A stretch of 64,000 nucleotides of DNA from a bacterium (lineage in GTDB: Bacteria > Patescibacteriota > Minisyncoccia > Phycocordibacterales > UBA5272). The translations under genes and the position numbers were made by a program. The DNA lies in assembly GCA_043771335.1 (NCBI GenBank), contig JAYVHM010000001.1, positions 28,773 to 92,772 on the forward strand, in the 5' to 3' direction. The notes beneath the pieces are model-generated. The model saw only the letters and a list, made by a program, of their open reading frames with translations. It was not told where the DNA came from and did no database searches. Shown piece after piece: positions 57,148 to 64,000 of the stretch (its first letter is position 1; each line of letters begins with the position of its first letter).

Positions 57148-58456
57148 ACTCAATGGCATACTCAAGGGGAAGCGAGCGGATTATCGGTGACACAAAACCA
57201 CCAACTACTAATCTATAAGCATCTTCTCTTGAAAATCCATGACCCGTGAGGTAAAATAACTCCTTATCACCAATCTTGCCGACTGTCGCTTCATGCGTCA
57301 CGTCGGCATTTTTATTTTCTATTTTATTCATAGGTAAGGTGATGCTAGAACTTTTCTCATCTAATATTAATGCATCACAAGAAACATAACTTTTTGCATT
57401 CTCTGCGCTCTTAGTGACATGAACTAATCCTCTATAATTAGAGACTCCTCCATCCATACTGACACTCTTGCTCTTTATCACTGAGCTAGTATTCTTACCT
57501 ATGTGTATTACTTTACTTCCAGTATCTTGATCCTGATTCTCTCCAGCGAATACTATACCTAGACTTTCTGATTTACTATTATCGCCAAGCAATACAGAAG
57601 TAGGATACAGCATAGTAACTTTTGAACCCATGTTGCCATTGATCCAGTTCATCTCTCCATTTTCATACACTAGGGATTTTTTTGTATTTAAGTTATAAGT
57701 ATTTTTAGACCAATTCTCCACACTTATGTATTTTGCTTTAGCATTTTTATGTACAAATATTTCTACGCAGCCAGCGTGCAAGCTGCTAGCATTATATTTT
57801 GGAGCACTACAACCTTCTATATATTCTACGCTCGCCCCCTCATCTACAATGATTAGTGTATGCTCGAACTGTCCAGCCGATGGCTCATTCATACGAAAAT
57901 ATGCTTGCAGTGGCATACTAACATTTACACCTTTTGGAATATAAATAAAAGTTCCTCCACTCCACACCGCCCCGTGCATGGCAGTAAACATGTGATCATC
58001 AGCTGGTACACAGTCAGTCATAAAATATTTCTGCACTAATTCTGGATACATATGCACGGCCGTGTCCATATTTTCAAATACTACTCCCTGCTTTTTTAAT
58101 ATATCTTTTACTTTGTGATAAACTATACCACTGTCATACTGAGCACCAACGCCACCAAGGTATTCATGCTCTGCTGCTGGTATGCCCAGCTTTACAAAAG
58201 TCTCCTTTATTTCACTTGGAACATCGGCCCACGAGCTCTTCTCGTCAGTTTGTGGTGATTTATAATAAGAGATATTTTCAAAATCAAGACCAGATAAATC
58301 AGGACCCCAAGATGGTAACCCCTTTACTTCTAAAATATTATTAAAAGTTTTGAGTGCCAATAATCTCTTCTCCAACATCCAACTGGGTTCATTCTTCTCA
58401 GAACTTATTTGCTTGACTAACTCTTCTGTAATTATGTTTTTTAGTACTTTTGGCAT
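57116..58456 (-). CDS. sufB: Fe-S cluster assembly protein SufB
   Basis: The 446-aa protein has the SufB signature C-terminus 'DKELFYLTGHGFSREDAYRLVVGGF' and a conserved core. Confidence 0.9.
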   Translation of the reverse strand: MPKVLKNIITEELVKQISSEKNEPSWMLEKRLLALKTFNNILEVKGLPSWGPDLSGLDFENISYYKSPQTDEKSSWADVPSEIKETFVKLGIPAAEHEYLGGVGAQYDSGIVYHKVKDILKKQGVVFENMDTAVHMYPELVQKYFMTDCVPADDHMFTAMHGAVWSGGTFIYIPKGVNVSMPLQAYFRMNEPSAGQFEHTLIIVDEGASVEYIEGCSAPKYNASSLHAGCVEIFVHKNAKAKYISVENWSKNTYNLNTKKSLVYENGEMNWINGNMGSKVTMLYPTSVLLGDNSKSESLGIVFAGENQDQDTGSKVIHIGKNTSSVIKSKSVSMDGGVSNYRGLVHVTKSAENAKSYVSCDALILDEKSSSITLPMNKIENKNADVTHEATVGKIGDKELFYLTGHGFSREDAYRLVVGGFVSPIIRSLPLEYAIEFNRLVELEME

Positions 58457-58524
58457 TATTATTAAATATCTAATTAGTAGTATAACATATTTGCATTATT
58501 CTGTAGATATGCTATTATGTATAT

Positions 58525-58740
58525 ATGCAATCACTCGTTTTAGCTACAAATGTGATATTATCTGTAACATTAATAGTGTTAATCCTTATACAAAGGTCTA
58601 ATACTGACGCTGGTGGAGCCTTTTCACAAGACTCGGCGACCAGCTTCAAACGTCGCGGACTAGAATCAACAATATACAAATCAACAATAATTGTTGCTGT
58701 GCTTTTTGTTTTATCATTAGCATATCATGCTTTTATTTAG
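58525..58740 (+). CDS. secG: Preprotein translocase subunit SecG
   Basis: The 71-aa protein has two TM helices and the characteristic 'LILIQRSNTDAGGAFS' glycine-rich loop. Confidence 0.7.
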   Translation: MQSLVLATNVILSVTLIVLILIQRSNTDAGGAFSQDSATSFKRRGLESTIYKSTIIVAVLFVLSLAYHAFI

Positions 58741-58853
58741 ATATACTCATAAATCAAGTTAGATTTAGAGAATATAAGATTTTAAAAATACAGAAAAATA
58801 TCACAAAAGTCTGTTAGCTTTACAAATGAGTCACTTTGCAATCATAAAAATAT

Positions 58854-60518
58854 ATGATTGACATAAAACTATTCAAAGAAAAAAAGATATTAGAGAAATT
58901 AAAAATCTCTCTTTTTAACCTTCCTCCTGAAAAAAGTTTCTACTCTGGATCTGCTTTTTTTCTGTGTGGTATATTAATTTTGATTTCTACTTTATATTTT
59001 TTAAGCAAGCTTACAGTATTAATACCATCCAGGAACCAAAATATTTCTATTGCCAATGTTGGTAACTTTAAATACTTTTTACCTTTTTATGCTCATTCTG
59101 ATATTGATAACTTTGTTAGTAGTCTACTCTATTCTGGCTTGCTAAAAAAAGACATAAACAATAACTACATAAATGATTTGGCAAATACCGTAACAAAAGA
59201 TGAATCAGGATCAAAAATAACTATACAATTAAAAGATAATTTAAAATTTTCAAATGGAAAACAAATAACTGCAGATGATGTCATATTCACTTACGAATTA
59301 GCTGCTAACATTCTAGTCGATGGTATAAACCGTGTAAAATACGAAGGTTTAACTTTTGAAAAGATAGATGACATAACCTTCACACTTAATCTCTCTAAAA
59401 ACTTTTCAAATGTAAATGAAATATTAACTCTTGGTATAATTTCTAAGGAAGACTATGTAAGTGATAACTTTGAGACGCTTAACACTTCTTCAAAATCTCT
59501 CTACAGCATTACTAGCGGTATATACAAAGTAAACTCTGTAGAAAAAGACGAAACTAATATTAAAAGTGTAAAATTATCTATTAACAATAACAAATACTCT
59601 GCCCCTTATTTAAAATACATTAACATAACAACATACAAAGCCGTAGAAGAGATAAATACTGAAATAGAAGACGGTGTTAATGTTGATGTGGTATTTAATT
59701 CAAACAAAGACACAAAAGATTTTACAAAAATAAATCACATTACTCCAAAAATTACCGCCCTGTTCCTAAATGGTAATAAAAAAGATATATTAGCTAAGAA
59801 AAAAAATAGAGAGTCTATATACTACGCGATAAACAGAAATGAATTAGTTGCTTCAACTGCTTCTGAGAATATACCGACTTTTGATTTGTTTCCTGCATCT
59901 GCATTAAGAACAGACCTCGACAATAATCAAGAAGTAGGACCTGTCTCTTCTTTGCCAGTAAATATAAATCTAACAATAGTCGATAATGAAAAACAAAATA
60001 AATTAGCTGAGTCAATAAAAGAATCTCTCTCTAAAATAAATATCAATATCAATATCGTCAAAGAAAATCAGAGCGACATATTAAATAATATAATTAAAAA
60101 TAGAGATTTTGAAATACTTTTATATTCTATAGAGATAAATAACCCAGAAGATCTGTACGCATTCTGGCACTCTAGCCAACGTAATGCTCCAGGATTAAAT
60201 ATTACAGGATACACCAGCACGGCTTTTGACAAAAATCTCTCCTCAATAAAAACCTCAGCCTCAGAAGAAGAAATTAAAAACTCTCTGGAGAATATGAAGG
60301 TAGAATTCTACACGGAGTATCCATATATACCTCTTTACACAACTACAGAATATCTAGAAATAAGAAATAACTTAACCCTAGAAACACCAAAACAAATATC
60401 AAATAAAAAAGAATTAAGCGCAGATATAATAAACTGGCACAAAGAAAAAGAAAAGATATGGCCAATCATAAACAAATACCAAGACAAGATTGCACTAATT
60501 TATAAATTAATACATTAA
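58854..60518 (+). CDS. Extracellular solute-binding protein, family 5 (OppA/DppA/NikA-like), membrane anchored
   Basis: An N-terminal TM or signal anchor is present. The segment 'YSGLLKKD...KFSNGKQITADDVIFTYEL' is typical of SBP_bac_5. The protein is 554 aa, and no permease or ATPase genes are adjacent. Confidence 0.55.
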   Translation: MIDIKLFKEKKILEKLKISLFNLPPEKSFYSGSAFFLCGILILISTLYFLSKLTVLIPSRNQNISIANVGNFKYFLPFYAHSDIDNFVSSLLYSGLLKKDINNNYINDLANTVTKDESGSKITIQLKDNLKFSNGKQITADDVIFTYELAANILVDGINRVKYEGLTFEKIDDITFTLNLSKNFSNVNEILTLGIISKEDYVSDNFETLNTSSKSLYSITSGIYKVNSVEKDETNIKSVKLSINNNKYSAPYLKYINITTYKAVEEINTEIEDGVNVDVVFNSNKDTKDFTKINHITPKITALFLNGNKKDILAKKKNRESIYYAINRNELVASTASENIPTFDLFPASALRTDLDNNQEVGPVSSLPVNINLTIVDNEKQNKLAESIKESLSKINININIVKENQSDILNNIIKNRDFEILLYSIEINNPEDLYAFWHSSQRNAPGLNITGYTSTAFDKNLSSIKTSASEEEIKNSLENMKVEFYTEYPYIPLYTTTEYLEIRNNLTLETPKQISNKKELSADIINWHKEKEKIWPIINKYQDKIALIYKLIH

Positions 60519-60526
60519 ACAAAAAT

Positions 60527-62245
60527 ATGCAAAATAGAAAACCATTTAAAAAATTTACACAAAATAGCGACCTTCTAGAAAGAAAAGGTGGGTATGTAGC
60601 GCCTCTAAAAGAAGGAAATATTAGAATCATAAATCTTGGGGGAACAGAAGAGTGTGGTAAAAACATGACAGCCCTAGAATACAAAGACAGCATAGTAATA
60701 ATAAATGCCGGAGTTCAGTTCTCAGCATCAAAAATGCCTGGAGTAGACTACATAATTCCAAATACAAAATACTTAGAAGAAAATATAGATAAAATAAAAG
60801 GTGTAATAATAACTAATAGCAGCCTAGAAAACTCTGGAGCTCTACCCTTTCTTATAGAAAAACTAGCGATTAAAAGAGTTTACGGTAGGCTATTTACTAA
60901 TACTTTGATACAAAAGAGAATGGAAGCAAAAGGGATAAATCACAACACCGAATTCGTTCCCGTAGAAGAAGAGATGGTAATGACTGTTGGAGATCTAGAG
61001 ATCAACTTTATAGCAATCAATCACACTACACCAGATTATTTTTCAATAGCAGTAAAAACTGAAGGTGGCGACATAGTATACACTAATGATACAAAAAATA
61101 TAAAAGATGCATTTGATTCTTCTTCTAAGAACATGCTCTTAATAGCTGAATCAATGAACACAGAAACTGGTGGTAAGCCAGTGACTTATCTTGATGTTAA
61201 GAATGATATAGAAGAGACTTTTAAAAGAGCTAGTAAAAAAATCATCGTCTCTACTTTTGCAAATAATATTTTTCATATTAAAACTATTTTAGAAGTAGCA
61301 GAAAAGTTAAATAAAAAAATCGTCTTAGATAGTAATACAATAAGTGAGAATATTTTATCAGCACAGGAGACTGGATTACTTGGTGACTTAAAAGACCTAA
61401 TCGTAAGTGTAGAGGATATAAGCAAATACAAAGCAAATGAAATAGTAATCTTAAACTCTGGAGAAGAAGGCCGTGAAGATGTTAACCTTACCAAAATAGC
61501 TGATGGGAATAATAGTAATATAAAAATAGAAGAAGGTGACGTGATAATAATAGCCACACATCCAATCATACACAATCAACGTTCTGCACAAAATCTAAAA
61601 GACAGTATCTCTAGATTAGGTGGTGTTATAAAACATTACAAATATGGTGACATCTTGATGAGTAACAGTGCTAATTTTGATGAGCTTACTGATTTACACA
61701 GAGGAATGAACCCAAAATTCTTTATTCCTGTTTCTGGTTGCCATTACATGTTACGTGTGCATGCTGACATAGAAAGAAAAATAGGAACTCCAGAAAATCA
61801 TATTATTATTCCAGATAATGGCATGGTAATAGAGGTCAAAACTGACGGATTAAGAATATCAAATACTCGTGAAAAAGTAGAGAGTGAGATAGTGGTAGTA
61901 GATGGAAATAAAATAGGCAAATTACACAATGTAGTAATAAAAGACAGAGAGACTTTGGGTGCTCAGGGTGTATTCTTTGCCATTATATTACTTGATATGC
62001 GTGGTCACAAATTGAAAAAGACTCCAGATATAGCAACACGCGGATTTGTATTTCTAAAAGAATCTCAAGACCTTCTAAATGGTGCCAGAGTTATAATCAA
62101 TGACATAATGACAGATTATCTGAGTAAAAATAGACACATAGAAATAGATGATTTAAAGGGAGAATTGCAAATGCTATTACAAAAATACTTAATGACGAAA
62201 ACTGCAAAAGAGCCGGTAGTTATACCACTAATAATAAAAGTATAA
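60527..62245 (+). CDS. RNase J paralogue with degenerate active site (predicted catalytically inactive)
   Basis: The protein is collinear with the downstream rnj ('IRIINLGGTEECGKNM' against 'IRIIHLGGLEEIGRNM'). The metallo-beta-lactamase motif 2 reads 'ITNSSLENSG' where 'ITHGHLDHIG' is expected. The beta-CASP His pair is also lost: 'SNSANFDE' replaces 'HSSGHANAGE', and 'SGCHY' replaces 'HGYHY'. Confidence 0.8.
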   Translation: MQNRKPFKKFTQNSDLLERKGGYVAPLKEGNIRIINLGGTEECGKNMTALEYKDSIVIINAGVQFSASKMPGVDYIIPNTKYLEENIDKIKGVIITNSSLENSGALPFLIEKLAIKRVYGRLFTNTLIQKRMEAKGINHNTEFVPVEEEMVMTVGDLEINFIAINHTTPDYFSIAVKTEGGDIVYTNDTKNIKDAFDSSSKNMLLIAESMNTETGGKPVTYLDVKNDIEETFKRASKKIIVSTFANNIFHIKTILEVAEKLNKKIVLDSNTISENILSAQETGLLGDLKDLIVSVEDISKYKANEIVILNSGEEGREDVNLTKIADGNNSNIKIEEGDVIIIATHPIIHNQRSAQNLKDSISRLGGVIKHYKYGDILMSNSANFDELTDLHRGMNPKFFIPVSGCHYMLRVHADIERKIGTPENHIIIPDNGMVIEVKTDGLRISNTREKVESEIVVVDGNKIGKLHNVVIKDRETLGAQGVFFAIILLDMRGHKLKKTPDIATRGFVFLKESQDLLNGARVIINDIMTDYLSKNRHIEIDDLKGELQMLLQKYLMTKTAKEPVVIPLIIKV

Positions 62246-62293
62246 AAATAAAAATTAGCACAAGAATAAAAATAAATAATTAATAAAAAATAT

Positions 62294-64000
62294 ATGCAAA
62301 AAAGAATAGTAGACTTTAATAAAAAAGCAGTACCTGCTCCAAAAAAAGAAAATAATTTTTCAAAACCAAATAGTTTTGACAGGAAACCTCCTGTAAAAAA
62401 AGATAAAAAATTAGTACAGCCAGTATTTGAATCACGCATGGGTGAACCAGATGAGACTGCACACATACCACCACTAGCTGATGGAGATATACGTATCATA
62501 CATCTCGGAGGTCTGGAAGAGATCGGCAGAAACATGTCTATGGTAGAATACAAAGACACAATAGTTGTAGTTGATTGTGGTATACAATTCTCAGAACAAT
62601 CAACACCAGGAATAGATTTTATCTTACCTAATACAAAATACTTAGAAGAGCGTGCTAATAAAATAAAAGGAGTATTCATAACTCATGGTCACTTAGACCA
62701 TATAGGAGCTATACCATATATCATGCCACGCATCGGTAATCCTACTATTTACGCTAGAAACTTTACGAACTTAATGATTAGAAAACGTCATGAAGAGTTC
62801 CCTTACCTTGAGCCATTAAAAATAAACGTAATAGAAAAAGGTGGCAGTGTTACTGTTGGTGATTTAAAAGTTAACTTCTTTGGAGTATCGCACGCTATTC
62901 CAGACAGTATGGGTATTATAATAGAAACACCTTATGGTGACATAGTGCACACTGGAGACCTTCGCCTGGATCATATAGATGGTATACCGAGTGAGCGTGA
63001 AGAAAAACAATATGAAGTATTTAAAGATAGAAAGACATTACTCTTAATGACAGACTCTACTAACTGTGAGAATCCTGGCTTCTCTATTTCTGACTCTATA
63101 GTATATGCAAATGTAGAAGCAGCTATTCGTGATACTCCTGGTAGGCTGATTATTTCTACTTTCTCTTCGCAAGTAGAGCGCATGATATTTATGCTAAAGA
63201 TGGCAGAAAAATATGGTAAAAAAGCCATAGTAGAAGGTAGAAGTATGAAAACAAATGTTGAAGTTACTCGCCTCGCAGAACTACTTGATGTTAAGCCAGA
63301 AACTATGATAAGCATAGATCAGATAGATAATTATCCACCTAATAAATTAATAGTTCTGGTGACTGGCGCACAAGGTGAGGACTTTGCGGCCCTCGGCCGT
63401 ATAGGGTTAAAGAATCATAAATATATAAAATTAAATAGATATGACACCATACTAATGAGCTCTTCAATAGTGCCTGGTAATGAGCGTCCAGTGCAAAAAT
63501 TAAAAGACAATCTCTCAAGACAAGGAGCACACTTGATACATTATAGAACTAGTGATGTGCACTCTTCTGGACATGCTAACGCTGGTGAATTAGAGTGGAT
63601 ACACAAAAAAATAAATCCAAAGTTCTTTATCCCTGTTCATGGTTACCATTATCTTCTAACTATGCATGCTGAGATAGCTATGAAGTGCCTAGGTCTACCA
63701 AAAGAAAATGTAGTTATCCCTGACAATGGCTCAGTTGTAGAGATAAGAAAAAATGGAACCGAAATAGTAATACTAAAAGAATCGGCGCCTAGGGATCTAC
63801 TAGTTGTAGATGGGACAAGTGTAGGAAAAGTCTCTGATGTTATATTAAAAGATAGATTAAATCTAGGAGAAGAAGGAGTGTTTTCTATTATTGTGATAAT
63901 AGATGGCGCCACACACAGAATAAAAAAATCTCCAGACATATCTTCACGTGGATTTATATATTTGAAAGAATCTCAGGAGCTACTAATGGATGTTCGTGAG
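62294..64000 (+). CDS. rnj: Ribonuclease J (intact catalytic motifs), which runs off the window end
   Basis: The HxHxDH motif 'ITHGHLDHIGAIPYI' is present, along with 'VSHAIPDS', 'TGDLRLD', the beta-CASP motifs 'HSSGHANAGE' and 'VHGYHY'. The ORF is open to position 64000. Confidence 0.85.
   Translation, partial: MQKRIVDFNKKAVPAPKKENNFSKPNSFDRKPPVKKDKKLVQPVFESRMGEPDETAHIPPLADGDIRIIHLGGLEEIGRNMSMVEYKDTIVVVDCGIQFSEQSTPGIDFILPNTKYLEERANKIKGVFITHGHLDHIGAIPYIMPRIGNPTIYARNFTNLMIRKRHEEFPYLEPLKINVIEKGGSVTVGDLKVNFFGVSHAIPDSMGIIIETPYGDIVHTGDLRLDHIDGIPSEREEKQYEVFKDRKTLLLMTDSTNCENPGFSISDSIVYANVEAAIRDTPGRLIISTFSSQVERMIFMLKMAEKYGKKAIVEGRSMKTNVEVTRLAELLDVKPETMISIDQIDNYPPNKLIVLVTGAQGEDFAALGRIGLKNHKYIKLNRYDTILMSSSIVPGNERPVQKLKDNLSRQGAHLIHYRTSDVHSSGHANAGELEWIHKKINPKFFIPVHGYHYLLTMHAEIAMKCLGLPKENVVIPDNGSVVEIRKNGTEIVILKESAPRDLLVVDGTSVGKVSDVILKDRLNLGEEGVFSIIVIIDGATHRIKKSPDISSRGFIYLKESQELLMDVRE

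Noticed and set aside
1-64000. Stop-codon reassignment (UGA as Gly or Trp), as in some reduced-genome lineages
   Set aside because: An RF2 gene with an SPF motif is present, and conserved genes end at normal positions relative to homologues. No long in-frame readthrough is needed to recover the conserved C-termini.
1-64000. CRISPR arrays, transposons, integrases and prophage genes
   Set aside because: No regularly spaced direct repeats were seen. No ORF translation shows transposase DDE, tyrosine or serine recombinase motifs, terminase or capsid motifs. The accessory regions look like small islets without mobility genes.

Overview
This is a visibly AT-rich, gene-dense bacterial chromosome segment (about 30% GC by eye, not computed). 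Genes are short and tightly packed, and there are no transposase or integrase genes and no CRISPR array. Standard stop-codon usage is implied, because an RF2 gene is present and genes end at ordinary stops. It reads like a small-genome, Patescibacteria/CPR-like or similarly reduced bacterium. Most of the window is housekeeping. Translation genes are leuS 3' end, typA, pth, rpsA, trpS, gatB, gltX, prfB, mnmA, obg and a tRNA-Glu. Replication and repair genes are dnaB, recR, dnaX, a DnaQ-like exonuclease and scpAB. There is a partial F-ATPase operon atpEFHAG, the division genes ftsEX, and a cell-wall block on the minus strand (D,D-carboxypeptidase, mraY, ftsW, murG and a coiled-coil M23 peptidase). 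The window also holds Fe-S assembly genes sufB, a SufD-like gene and sufS, plus secG, a peptide solute-binding protein and two tandem RNase J paralogues. Between these sit several accessory modules. (i) A metal-acquisition island with a Fur/Zur-family regulator, a short ZIP-family transporter and a clear nicotianamine-synthase-like enzyme, with a Zur-box-like palindrome in the divergent promoter. (ii) A vWA plus TelA-like coiled-coil gene pair and two small genes inserted inside the suf cluster, with a roughly 38-bp conserved upstream element present twice. (iii) A GC-rich divergent pair, a 2H-phosphoesterase and a LysM-vWA lipoprotein. (iv) A sigma70-region-4 plus HARE-HTH fusion protein followed by a large membrane-anchored protein. 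(v) Hypothetical genes flanking tRNA-Glu. (vi) A processive GT2 synthase with TED and QxxRW motifs. Many promoters show a recurrent extended -10 'TGyTATAAT' motif, and intrinsic terminators are easy to see. Gene starts are taken from the ORF track, which also uses TTG and GTG starts, so they are approximate.
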